From Limisphaerales bacterium (GTDB lineage Bacteria; Verrucomicrobiota; Verrucomicrobiia; Limisphaerales; SIBE01): 64,000 nt of DNA. Under the pieces are notes generated by a model. The model was given only the letters and a program-made list of their open reading frames with translations. It ran no database searches and was not told where the DNA came from. The stretch is from contig JBGAIN010000005.1 in the NCBI GenBank assembly GCA_044225505.1, forward strand, positions 62,001 through 126,000, given 5' to 3'. Both the position numbers and the translations under genes were made by a program. Within the stretch, counting starts at the first letter, position 1, and the number at the start of each line of letters is the position of its first letter. This document shows positions 47,831 to 57,028 of this stretch, in pieces.

Positions 47831-48276
47831 GCCTTAATTTAAAGCGAAAGTTGCTCACCCTCCTCGCGCAGCACAGTCGATTGCTTAGGCAGATCCTACG
47901 TCATCGAGCCCTTCTCCGCGGTTCCTTTCACCAAGTCTATACCCGCTGTGGCAAATCTAACTGCTGGTGCGCCAAGGCGGACAAGGGCCATACTCACGCC
48001 CGCTTAACCTGGAGTGAAGAGGGCACCATGATGACCCGGAAGGTGGGGGCGGCGGAACGGCCGACGATCACCAAGCTCACCGCCCGTTACAAACAGTTCT
48101 GCGCGCAACGGGGCCAATTAAGTGAACTGGAGTCCCAAATCCAAGGCCACCTCGACCAATACGAAACCGCCTTGATCAAGCAGGCCCAAAGACCTCTGGG
48201 GTTGGTGACCGCTAAGCACTCAAAAACAGCCAAAATCAAATCAGCCTTGCAAACGCGCCGGACCAGACAAAACTAG
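47824..48276 (+). CDS. IS passenger protein, DUF6788-like (Cys/His-rich, basic)
   Basis: LLRGSF...RCGKSNCWC...GH...LTW motif followed by a coiled coil; lies inside the IS IRs. Confidence 0.85.
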   Translation: MSSLNLKRKLLTLLAQHSRLLRQILRHRALLRGSFHQVYTRCGKSNCWCAKADKGHTHARLTWSEEGTMMTRKVGAAERPTITKLTARYKQFCAQRGQLSELESQIQGHLDQYETALIKQAQRPLGLVTAKHSKTAKIKSALQTRRTRQN

Positions 48277-48388
48277 CTCACACGCAAGAGCTTCAGCCCC
48301 TGAAGCTTACCGCAACAAAAATCACGGAAATCCCCATTTCTGAGGTGCGGAATGTCAGGCCAGTAGGAAAAAAAGGGTCCGGTTCACG

Positions 48389-49138
48389 TTACAAAGCTTT
48401 GATGCGGATGTTCTTAAACTGAACGGTCATCGGTTCGCCCTGGTGGACTTGAAACGCCAGAACGCCGGACTTCGCCGCTTTGGCCTCTTGCTCATCGACG
48501 ACATCGACCGTTTGCTGGCCATTGATGAAGTGTTGGAGATGATTACCGCGGGCGATCACCACATACTCGTTCCAGTCTTCGGACTTGATCTTCGCTTGGA
48601 TGTCTTCTGATTTCCCGAGCGAGCCGACCACTTCGATCTTGGTCTTGTTCGGATCGGCTGAATCGGATCGAATCACAACCTTTTGGCCGCGCTGCGCCAG
48701 AATCCCGCGGCCCCGTTCCTCGTAAAGGATGCCGGAGAACATCTTCGCCGCTTCCATATCCGCTTGGTACCCCCCCACCACAAAGCCTTTCGGATCGGCC
48801 ACCTTGCTCCGGTATTGAATCCCGGAATTGGCGAAGACCTTGTCGTTGTTCGGGACGATCTTGTAGGAAAGACGAAGCTCAAAATCCGTGACCACGCCGC
48901 CTTTCCAAACCAGGAACGTATTGCCCTTGGCAGGATTCTCCTTCGTGGTTTGGCCAGTAATAGCGCCGTCCCGGACAGACCAAAACTGGGGCAGCCCTTC
49001 CCAATCGGAAAGGTCTTTGCCGTTAAACAAAGGCCGGAAGCCCTGTTCAGTATCCGCGGCCTGGGCCACAGGCTGCCACGCGGCCACACACAAACTGCTA
49101 AGCAATGAGAGAAGAAGAGATGGAGAAAAGAGTTTCAT
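48389..49138 (-). CDS. Exported DUF1080 (3-keto-disaccharide hydrolase-like) protein
   Basis: Signal peptide (AQA|A), LFNGKDLSDWEG, NSGIQYRS, GYQAD, WNEY, FQVH, FKNIRIK. Confidence 0.92.
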   Translation of the reverse strand: MKLFSPSLLLSLLSSLCVAAWQPVAQAADTEQGFRPLFNGKDLSDWEGLPQFWSVRDGAITGQTTKENPAKGNTFLVWKGGVVTDFELRLSYKIVPNNDKVFANSGIQYRSKVADPKGFVVGGYQADMEAAKMFSGILYEERGRGILAQRGQKVVIRSDSADPNKTKIEVVGSLGKSEDIQAKIKSEDWNEYVVIARGNHLQHFINGQQTVDVVDEQEAKAAKSGVLAFQVHQGEPMTVQFKNIRIKAL

Positions 49139-49224
49139 AAGGAAGCGGTCAGAGTCAGGTTTTGCTTGGGGAATGCACTGAAGCGTCTGACGTCGGCACG
49201 CTCCAGTGCATTCGAACAGAAAAT

Positions 49225-50070
49225 CTAGGCGAGGGTTCGTTTCAGGAACTTCAAACCTTTGACAGCGATCTCGTCGCGCGTCGGCTCGATACGGCGCCAA
49301 ATCGCCGCGGCTCGGGCAATCACTTTGACGTCGGTTGTAAACGACTCGATGACGACGTCGCCTTGATACCGGACCGCCTTGAGCGCGGCGGCGATCGGTT
49401 TCCAATCAATATGGTCGTTGCCAGGGGTCCCACGATCACTGCCGCAAGCATGGAAATGTCCCAGTAATTTGCCCGCTTTGCGAATGGCTTTGCCTTGGTC
49501 TTTTTCCTCGATGTTCATGTGGAAGGTGTCCAGGTGCAGCTTGAGCGCCGGGCTTCCCACGTCTGCAATCATGCGCAGTGCTTGATCGCACGTGTTAATG
49601 AAGTCCGTCTCGAACCGGTTCAGCGGCTCCATGCAAATCTGCCGACCGCGCGACTGGGCATACTTGCAGAGTTGCTTCAAATTACGGACGACCGTCTTCC
49701 ACTGCTGCTTGTACTCAGCAGCCGGAACCGCGTCCGCGCGGCCCACCGAAGAATAGACCGGCCCAATCAGACTTGGGCAACCGAGCACCACCATCTGGTC
49801 GATCACCTTCTGCATATATTCCATCCCTGTCTTCTGCTGCTCGGGCGTTCCGCGAAGATCGCGGTCGGGACCGAGACAGGCACACACGGAACCACAGGCC
49901 AGCTTGTACTTATCGAGCTCCGCCTTCACGTGGGCCGGATCGATATGCGACGGATCTTCGATAGCGATCTCGACCGTCTGAAACCCCCATTTCTTGAACT
50001 GAGGAAAAAGCTTGGTGCTCTCGTTGGTGAAGGGAGAAGTGAACAAGAAGGTATTGATGCCAAGTCTCAT
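49225..50070 (-). CDS. Sugar phosphate isomerase/epimerase (D-psicose/D-tagatose 3-epimerase-like)
   Basis: EPLNRFET, LDTFHMNIEE, H.C.SDRGTPG.DHIDW, VIESF. Confidence 0.92.
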   Translation of the reverse strand: MRLGINTFLFTSPFTNESTKLFPQFKKWGFQTVEIAIEDPSHIDPAHVKAELDKYKLACGSVCACLGPDRDLRGTPEQQKTGMEYMQKVIDQMVVLGCPSLIGPVYSSVGRADAVPAAEYKQQWKTVVRNLKQLCKYAQSRGRQICMEPLNRFETDFINTCDQALRMIADVGSPALKLHLDTFHMNIEEKDQGKAIRKAGKLLGHFHACGSDRGTPGNDHIDWKPIAAALKAVRYQGDVVIESFTTDVKVIARAAAIWRRIEPTRDEIAVKGLKFLKRTLA

Positions 50071-50283
50071 AGATCAGGCAGGCTACTCCAAAGCGGGAGG
50101 GTGGGTCAAAAGATTTTGCTCCCCGGCGGGCGGCGTTGAGAGCCAGCGCCGCCGCGGGGGCCAACTCCCGTCGCTCGAGACGACGCGTGGACAAAGTTTA
50201 GTAAAAGAAAATCAACAAGATATGATAAGACTTTCACAAGTCTGGTGGAGCGGCTGGAGCGCGGCATTGTAAAGTCGTAAGGT

Positions 50284-51240
50284 ATGGAAAATGTCGTGTC
50301 GCCAAACGGGCAGGGGGGAGACCCGAGCTCTGCCCCACTGGAACCTGGCAAGCCTGGGAAAGCGGCTCCCAAGGTCTGCGGGGGCGATCTGGGATCATCG
50401 CGGCGATTCTTTGATAATCGATTCGTTTACGCGGTCGTCTCGCAACGCGCGCGAGGCCTATCGATCGGCGTGAATCTGAGTGCGGACCAGTACTGCACCT
50501 TCGACTGCATCTACTGCGAGGTAGGGCGCAATGGCGGAACGCCCGATCGGGAGGTGGATCTCAAAGTCCTTTCCGGGGAATTGAGTGGGATGTTGTCCTT
50601 AGCCAAAGAAGGACGCGTGCATGAGCTGCCTGGATATCACAATGTGCCTCACGAATTGCTCGCACTGAAGTCGGTGGCGCTGAGCGGGGATGGTGAGCCG
50701 ACGCTTTGCCCGAACTTCCACGAAGTTGTCCAGGTCGTCGTGCATCTGCGCGCCCAGGGCGACTACCCATTCTTCAAGATCGTCCTCATCACAAACGCCA
50801 GCGGCCTGCATTTGCCTCAAGTCCAGCTCGGGATGCAGCTCTTTACTTTAAAGGATGAAGTCTGGGCGAAACTCGACGCGGGCACGCAGGGTTACATGGA
50901 AAAGATCAACCGGCCCAAGGTGTGTCCGGTGAATTGTCCGAACGTGTCGCTCCAACAGGTGCTCGAAAACATCCTTAAGCTTGGCCGGCAACGTCCGCTG
51001 GTCATTCAAAGTCTGTTCGCCTTGATCGATGGGGAAGAACCACCCGCGAGCGAAATCGAGGAATACGTTCAACGATTGAAAGAACTGACGGAAGCGGGCG
51101 CCAACATCTCCCTGGTCCAAATTTACTCGGCGCATCGCCCTGCAGTCCGGGCTATCTGCAGCCATCTACCGCTCCGAAGCCTCTCGCGCATTGCCCAGCG
51201 GGTAAGAGAAGTCACCGGCTTGAAAGCCGAAGTGTTCTAG
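50284..51240 (+). CDS. Radical SAM protein (Fe-S oxidoreductase)
   Basis: SQRARGLSIGVNL, CTFDCIYC (CxxxCxxC), SGDGEPT, LITNAS, WAKLDAG. Confidence 0.93.
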   Translation: MENVVSPNGQGGDPSSAPLEPGKPGKAAPKVCGGDLGSSRRFFDNRFVYAVVSQRARGLSIGVNLSADQYCTFDCIYCEVGRNGGTPDREVDLKVLSGELSGMLSLAKEGRVHELPGYHNVPHELLALKSVALSGDGEPTLCPNFHEVVQVVVHLRAQGDYPFFKIVLITNASGLHLPQVQLGMQLFTLKDEVWAKLDAGTQGYMEKINRPKVCPVNCPNVSLQQVLENILKLGRQRPLVIQSLFALIDGEEPPASEIEEYVQRLKELTEAGANISLVQIYSAHRPAVRAICSHLPLRSLSRIAQRVREVTGLKAEVF

Positions 51241-51267
51241 CTCGAGGCACGGTCGGAACGGTGGAAC

Positions 51268-52164
51268 CTACGCCTTCAGCTGGCGTCGAATCTGATCGAG
51301 TTGTCCTCGCTGGGATTTCGTCATGGAAGGATACTCCATGGGCAGGCCCTCCAGCGTTTCGACAAGCACACGCGAAACGATGAGGCGCGCGTTCTCCTTG
51401 TCGTCTGCTGGGACGATGAACCACGGCGCCTCGTCCGTGCTGGTGGCATTCACGCAATCCTCATATGCCCCCATGTAGTCTTTCCAGCGTTTGCGCTCTT
51501 CCAGATCTCCTAGATTCAGTTTCCAGTTCTTCTCCCGATCCTCCACACGGCTGAGAAAACGTTTGCGCTGTTCGTCCTTCGAGAGATGAAGGTAAAACTT
51601 CAAGATCCGCGTGCCATTGCCAACCAGGTGCTTCTCAAAATCCACAATCGAACGGTAACGTCCTTTCCACAGCCCGTCCCCTTTGGGGAGCTCCTCAGGT
51701 AAGTTCTGGTTGCCCAGGAACTCCGGATGCACGCGCACAACGAGGACTTCTTCGTAGTAAGATCGATTAAAGACGCCAATCCTTCCGCGTTCCGGCAAGC
51801 GGAGCGTCGTGCGCCAGAGAAAATCGTGATCGAGCTCCTCCGCGCTCGGCTGTTTGAAACTGTAAACCTGACAACCTTGCGGATTCACGCCGGAGAAGAC
51901 GTGCTTGATCACCCCGTCCTTGCCCGCAGCGTCCATGGCTTGGAAGATCACCAGCAACGCGTAGCGGTTATGCGCGTAGAGCAGACTCTGGAGACGGGAC
52001 AACCGTTCGGTCTCGTCGTGCAGAAGCTCTTGGTAATGCTCTTTGGAGCTGTAAAACGGGCGGACCACCGTCGGCCAGTGTTTCAGCTTGATCTTCTTGC
52101 CTTCGGTCGCACGGAAACCGCGAGTTTGAATTTTCGATTTCATACCATCCGCCTCATGAACCAT
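51268..52164 (-). CDS. ppk2: Polyphosphate kinase 2 family protein (class III-like)
   Basis: QAMDAAGKDG, GVNPQG, FKQPS.EEL.HDFLWR, FNRSYYEEVL, APWFIVPADDK. Confidence 0.94.
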   Translation of the reverse strand: MVHEADGMKSKIQTRGFRATEGKKIKLKHWPTVVRPFYSSKEHYQELLHDETERLSRLQSLLYAHNRYALLVIFQAMDAAGKDGVIKHVFSGVNPQGCQVYSFKQPSAEELDHDFLWRTTLRLPERGRIGVFNRSYYEEVLVVRVHPEFLGNQNLPEELPKGDGLWKGRYRSIVDFEKHLVGNGTRILKFYLHLSKDEQRKRFLSRVEDREKNWKLNLGDLEERKRWKDYMGAYEDCVNATSTDEAPWFIVPADDKENARLIVSRVLVETLEGLPMEYPSMTKSQRGQLDQIRRQLKA

Positions 52165-52362
52165 ATCAAGGATGCGCTAAAAGGACTAGCAAAGGCGAAT
52201 CTTTTGCAGGGTGGCAGAATGTCCGAAGTTCCCAACGCGGGGCGACGCGGAATACCGATCTCCATCGGTCTCACAGCCCGGGTGGGACGACCTGGCTGCC
52301 CGGTCGCTTCGGGAGCCCTGGCGCTAACCATTTTGACCTGACGGACGTGAAATGCCAAAATC

Positions 52363-53625
52363 GTGCGGTTGAATATCGAGATTATTAATACCGGGTCCGA
52401 GTTGTTGCTAGGGTATGTCACCAACACGAACCAACGGTGGCTTTGTCGCGAACTAAGTCGGCGCGGGTTCGTAGTCACCAGGCAGGTCGCCGTGCCAGAC
52501 GACGCGCGAAGTATCCAGACTGCCATCGTGGAGTCGTTGCAGCGCGTCGACATTGTGATCACCACGGGCGGCTTGGGGCCAACCTCGGATGATCTTACCC
52601 GACAATGCATCGCGGAACACTTTGGCCGCAAGCTCCGCGAAGACCCGGGCGTCGTTCAGCGTATCGAAACCTTCTTCCGCTCGCGCGGCCGTCCTATGCC
52701 TGTGCAAACGCGTGTCCAGGCCTTGGTCCCCGAAGGCGCTCTCGTCCTCGACAACAACAATGGGACGGCACCGGGGCTGGCAATTGACGTGGCCAGCGGA
52801 AAGATCGGCTCGGCCAAACTCCTAATCATGCTGCCCGGCCCACCGCGCGAGCTCGAACCGATGTTCTTGAGCGAAGTGATTCCCTTGCTGCAGAAGCGCT
52901 TTCCAGCTCCGAGCCCGTTCGCGTGCTGCGTCCTGAAATCGACGGGCGTTGGTGAATCGGTCGTTGAAGCCCGAATAGCCGGTCCGCTTCAGCCGATGGT
53001 TGCGGCCGGATTGGAAATTGGTTACTGCGCCCGGTTTGGCGAAGTCGACGTTCGACTGATCGCGCGCGGCGATAGAGCCGCGGAGGTCGTCGGTGAAGCC
53101 GAACGAATCGTGCGGTCGATCCTCGGCAAGCATGTCTTTGGCACAGAGTCGGAAGACCTGGCCGCCGTCGTCTTGCAGCAATTGACCGCTCGTAAGGAAA
53201 CCCTCGCGCTCGCGGAATCATGCAGCGGCGGTTTTGTGGCGCATCGATTAACAAATGTTCCCGGGGCGTCGGCCGCTTTTCTGGGAGGATTCGTCACCTA
53301 TAGCAATGAAGCCAAGGTATCGTGTCTGGGTGTGAGTCAGGAAACCCTCAGCCACTTTGGCGCCGTCAGCGAACAAGTCGCTCGCGAAATGGCGGAAGGC
53401 ACGCGAGCCAAGCTGAATTCGAACTACGCGCTCGCCATTACAGGTATTGCCGGCCCAACCGGCGGCACACCGGAAAAACCGGTCGGAACAGTTTATCTCG
53501 CGCTCGCGGGAGGAGGGCCCACCGTCGTGCTGTCGCAAATGAATCGATACGACCGAGAGAGCTTTAAGTTCGTGACCTCGCAGCAAGTGTTGGAAATGCT
53601 GCGAAGGCGATTGCAGGACCTGTAA
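52363..53625 (+). CDS. cinA: CinA (MoCF-like domain + NMN deamidase PncC domain)
   Basis: GSELLLG, TGGLGPTSDDLT, NGTAPG, LPGPPRE, AESCSGG, GAVSE, ITGIAGP.GGT.EKPVG. Confidence 0.95.
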   Translation: MRLNIEIINTGSELLLGYVTNTNQRWLCRELSRRGFVVTRQVAVPDDARSIQTAIVESLQRVDIVITTGGLGPTSDDLTRQCIAEHFGRKLREDPGVVQRIETFFRSRGRPMPVQTRVQALVPEGALVLDNNNGTAPGLAIDVASGKIGSAKLLIMLPGPPRELEPMFLSEVIPLLQKRFPAPSPFACCVLKSTGVGESVVEARIAGPLQPMVAAGLEIGYCARFGEVDVRLIARGDRAAEVVGEAERIVRSILGKHVFGTESEDLAAVVLQQLTARKETLALAESCSGGFVAHRLTNVPGASAAFLGGFVTYSNEAKVSCLGVSQETLSHFGAVSEQVAREMAEGTRAKLNSNYALAITGIAGPTGGTPEKPVGTVYLALAGGGPTVVLSQMNRYDRESFKFVTSQQVLEMLRRRLQDL

Positions 53626-53656
53626 ATCTTCGCGGCGGCAGTAAGCTCACTGCCTG

Positions 53657-53690
53657 AAAAGAGAAAAACCCGCAGGTCTCGCCCTGCGGG
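53657..53690 (-). terminator. Intrinsic terminator of the ferredoxin gene
   Basis: CCCGCAGG-tctcgc-CCTGCGGG with an A-tract on the left (U-tract on the minus strand). Confidence 0.7.
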
Positions 53691-53710
53691 CAGAATGAAA
53701 GTCTGGCGCG

Positions 53711-53944
53711 TTATTCGCCGTTATTGCCAATCGCCTCGACCGGGCAACCCTCCATGGCTTCTTTGCATTGGGCTTCTTCCTCAGGGCTCTCCGGCTGCTT
53801 GTAGACAAAGGAGAAACCTCCGTCGTCATTGCGCTTGAAGTTGTTAGGAGCCGTCTCACGGCACAAGTCACAGTCGATGCACTGATTATCTACGTAGAAT
53901 TTGCCCGGAGTGTTATCTGGATATTTATTTGCGATGTCTGCCAT
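53711..53944 (-). CDS. Ferredoxin (single cluster)
   Basis: CIDCDLC...CPVEAIG, 77 aa, acidic. Confidence 0.95.
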   Translation of the reverse strand: MADIANKYPDNTPGKFYVDNQCIDCDLCRETAPNNFKRNDDGGFSFVYKQPESPEEEAQCKEAMEGCPVEAIGNNGE

Positions 53945-54113
53945 AAAGTTGGGTCCATATATGATGATGCACCCACCAAAGATCAAGCCTCATTTGGGGC
54001 TCTGATCGGCAGCCGACGAGGTTTAGAGAATCCGTGAGCTGCGCAAAATGCGGTCGGGCTTTTCCCTCAGGCGTCTGGAAGTCACGACGATCCGCAATGG
54101 CGACTCCAGAAAC

Positions 54114-55145
54114 TTAAGGGGACGCAGTAACCCGTTCGGTCGATTCCACGAGCTGCAAGGCGTGCCCGTCCGGATCGCGAAGAAACACGCGTCGTGGCAA
54201 TTTCGTATCGCGGACGGTGTTCATCTTGTGGGAAACGAACGTCAATCCGGCATGGCGGCACGCCTCGATAAGAGTGTCATAACTTTCAACCAAAACTGGG
54301 ATGGACCAGAAAGTGAGATCCCGGGCATTCGCTTCGGCCGAAAGCGCCCGCCCTCCGGGTGGAGCGATGTACTCGAGGAACTCAACGCCTGGGCCGCGGG
54401 GCGCGCGGAGAGCGGTAATATGTAGCCGCGCCCCAAACACGAGGTTCAAATGCTCCTGCTCTGGCCCAAAGTTCTCGCTTGTTCCGACGACTCTGAAACC
54501 GAGCTTGTCTCGGTAAAACGCGAGGCTCTTGGCGGTATCTGAAACTACGATCGCGGAATGGTCGATGCCGAGAAACAAAGGTCCGCTCTCCGTCTGCCAT
54601 TTGGGATCTCCTTTACCTGGTGGGAATGAGATGATCTCAAGCACGTGGGCTTCCGAGTCTTGGAAGTAAAAGGCCTTGATTCCAGCCGCGTTCGTGTTCC
54701 ATTCCGGGAGTGTTTGCGGTGCCGTCGAGACGTGCTGGACTCGATGACGGAGCAAGTGTTGATAAGCTTCGTCCATATCGCGCACGACAATTGCTAGGTG
54801 CTGAAACCAAAGATCGAAACTCCGGGAATCCTGCGGGACGGGCCGGCCCTTTTGATTGAGGTGCTCGGTGAGCGTAATGCGCTCCTTTCCCAGAGCGAGC
54901 TCGACAGTTCTCGATTCGGTGTTCGCCAATCCGAGAAGCGCATCTGCTTCGCCCAGCGAAGATCGGCTTTCGGAGACGACCACGAAAGGGAGCACGTTCG
55001 TGTAGAAGTTTAGTGCGCGATCGAGTTGCCCGACCGTCAATCCAATCGCGCCGACCTCGAGCGCCGCCGCGCTGCTTGAAGGCGGCGCCGAGAGTGCCAA
55101 CGTCGATAGCACCAAGGCAAATCTCAGGAGTCGAAAGAGCGTCAT
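54114..55145 (-). CDS. Exported two-domain VOC/glyoxalase-family protein
   Basis: Signal peptide, WFQHLAIVV.DMD, AFYFQD.E.HVLE, GIDHSAIVVSD, RDPDGHAL. Confidence 0.9.
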   Translation of the reverse strand: MTLFRLLRFALVLSTLALSAPPSSSAAALEVGAIGLTVGQLDRALNFYTNVLPFVVVSESRSSLGEADALLGLANTESRTVELALGKERITLTEHLNQKGRPVPQDSRSFDLWFQHLAIVVRDMDEAYQHLLRHRVQHVSTAPQTLPEWNTNAAGIKAFYFQDSEAHVLEIISFPPGKGDPKWQTESGPLFLGIDHSAIVVSDTAKSLAFYRDKLGFRVVGTSENFGPEQEHLNLVFGARLHITALRAPRGPGVEFLEYIAPPGGRALSAEANARDLTFWSIPVLVESYDTLIEACRHAGLTFVSHKMNTVRDTKLPRRVFLRDPDGHALQLVESTERVTASP

Positions 55146-55210
55146 AGGAGAGAATCCGGGTAGATTGGGAACTATAGCCGCTCGCGAGCCGCCATGCGAG
55201 CGCCGATGGG

Positions 55211-56857
55211 TTAGACCGTTATGAGCGGCTCCGCAACTGGGTGGGGTCTCGTTCTCGCGTCAAGAGCAGGTAAGGCGTGGGACATTATATTCGCACCGAG
55301 CCGCGCGAGAATGTGATCCCCGACGCGAAGGGCGTTCGCCATGATTGTCAAGGCCGGGTTCACTGCCGCGCTCGACGCAAAGAAACTGGCATCCACGACG
55401 TAGAGATTGTCTAATTCGTGCTCGCGGCATTGGGAGTTCAAGGCAGACGTGCGGGGATCGTTTCCAAAGCGAATCGTTCCATTCTGATGGGCTACACCCG
55501 CCAGCGGAATGCGCTGGCCTGCATACAGACTGCGTGCGAACAACCCTTCGTGACATTCGTGTCCGTGGACTCCGCACTTCGTTTGTTGTTTTAGGAGTTC
55601 CTTAAGCTTTTCCATCAGGCGGCGGTGTCCCTCCTCGTTATTGGGACGGTAAGAGAGCACGATCCTGCCGTCGCGATCCAGCGTAACGCGGTTATTCGGA
55701 TCGGGGAGATCTTCGGAGGTAAGCCAAAAGTCGAGAGAATGCTTGCCCATCAGATCGAGCGTCCAGCGTGGTGCGATCGCTGGGGCTCCAGCGCGGAGGG
55801 TGTCTGCGTCGAGCTTGCCAACGAACGAGATGTGCCCCATCGGGAATGCCCAGTCGGGAGCTTCCAGATAAAAGTCATTTATCGACAGTGTCTTTTGGAA
55901 CACCGTGGGATTCGGACATTTCGAGATCGCCATCAAGACGGAATTCACGTGGCCCATATAATGCCGCCCGACGACGTCTGAACCATTGGCCAGACCCCGC
56001 GGGTGTTTCTCATTGGCGGAACGCAGCAGCAACGCTGCAGAGTTGATGGCCCCGCACGCCACAACCACGATATCCGCGCTCAACGCCAGGGTTTCTTCGC
56101 GTCGTTTTACATGTACTTTGGTGACGGTGGTCCCTGCCGCGTTCGTCTCCAGCCGGGTCACCTGAGCTTCGGTCATGAGAGCGACGTTGGGAAATTCAAG
56201 CGCAGGATCGACGCAGCAAACTTGCGCATCGGCTTTGGCGTTGATCAGGCAGGGGTGTCCGTCGCACGTGCTACAGCGGATGCAGGCGCTTTTGTGCGGA
56301 TTGTTCTCGTCCAACATCACGCCCAATGGCGTGTGGAACGGTCGGAGACCTGCGGCGGTCAAATCGTCACTGAGCTGTTGAATTCGCGGCTCGTGGCTGA
56401 TGGAGGGATAGGGATAGGGGGTGCTCCGCCAAGGTTCGACCGGATCCTCACCTTTCTGCCCATGAACGTGATAGAGCCGTTCTGCTTCCGCATAGTAAGG
56501 CTCAAATTCATCGTAACCGACGGGCCAAGCGGGAGAGATGCCGCCATGATGACGAATTTCGCCGAAATCCTCTTTGCGCAAGCGAAATAGAGCAGAACCG
56601 TAAAACTTCGTGTTCCCGCCGACAAAATAGTTTGTGTGCGGATGAAGATCGCGACCGTCCCGGTCTTGCCAGACTTCTTTCGTGTTGTAGCGGCCTTCGG
56701 CGTTAACCGCTTTTGTGCTCCAATTCTCGCGCTCGCGCGGAACATACGAGCCGCGCTCAATGAGGAGGATCTTCTTGCCGCTCGACGCTAAGCGATAGGT
56801 CAGTGTGCCACCGCCTGCACCTGACCCGATGATGATCACGTCGTAATGATTATTCAT
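55211..56857 (-). CDS. GMC-family FAD oxidoreductase with Fe-S-type Cys cluster
   Basis: DVIIIGSGAGGG, VGGNTKFYG, CIRCSTCDGHPC, HQNGT.RFG, NLYVVDASFF, VNPALTIMANALR. Confidence 0.94.
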   Translation of the reverse strand: MNNHYDVIIIGSGAGGGTLTYRLASSGKKILLIERGSYVPRERENWSTKAVNAEGRYNTKEVWQDRDGRDLHPHTNYFVGGNTKFYGSALFRLRKEDFGEIRHHGGISPAWPVGYDEFEPYYAEAERLYHVHGQKGEDPVEPWRSTPYPYPSISHEPRIQQLSDDLTAAGLRPFHTPLGVMLDENNPHKSACIRCSTCDGHPCLINAKADAQVCCVDPALEFPNVALMTEAQVTRLETNAAGTTVTKVHVKRREETLALSADIVVVACGAINSAALLLRSANEKHPRGLANGSDVVGRHYMGHVNSVLMAISKCPNPTVFQKTLSINDFYLEAPDWAFPMGHISFVGKLDADTLRAGAPAIAPRWTLDLMGKHSLDFWLTSEDLPDPNNRVTLDRDGRIVLSYRPNNEEGHRRLMEKLKELLKQQTKCGVHGHECHEGLFARSLYAGQRIPLAGVAHQNGTIRFGNDPRTSALNSQCREHELDNLYVVDASFFASSAAVNPALTIMANALRVGDHILARLGANIMSHALPALDARTRPHPVAEPLITV

Positions 56858-57028
56858 GCGCAGATGGGTCGCCTCGCGACACAGCTCCTTACAGAGAATC
56901 GCAGAGGCAAGTGGCCGTGCCCAAAGGCAAGAGAATTCAGCCGATAGCGTCACCGCTGCTTCGATCGCCTCGTGTCAGGAATGTCCGCTGCGCACGACAC
57001 ACTGGCACGTGCATACGCCTGCGTTGCT

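Larger units (their letters stand above)
46049..48358. mobile_element. IS1634-family insertion sequence, 2310 bp, intact
   Basis: Perfect 42-bp terminal IRs (CTGACATTCCGCACCTCAGAAATGGGGATTTCCGTGATTTTT; 46049-46090 and 48317-48358) and 6-bp direct repeat GCCAGT (46043-46048, 48359-48364). Confidence 0.95.

Noticed and set aside
49139..49405. N-terminal extension of the DUF1080 ORF
   Set aside because: It overlaps the epimerase gene; the signal peptide begins at ATG 49138.
50284..53944. Radical SAM, PPK2, CinA and ferredoxin as one pathway
   Set aside because: Alternating orientations and common housekeeping families; no evidence of a functional unit.
57003..57018. TGGCACG as a sigma54 promoter for the lipid operon
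   Set aside because: GG-to-GC spacing is 11 nt rather than the required 10.
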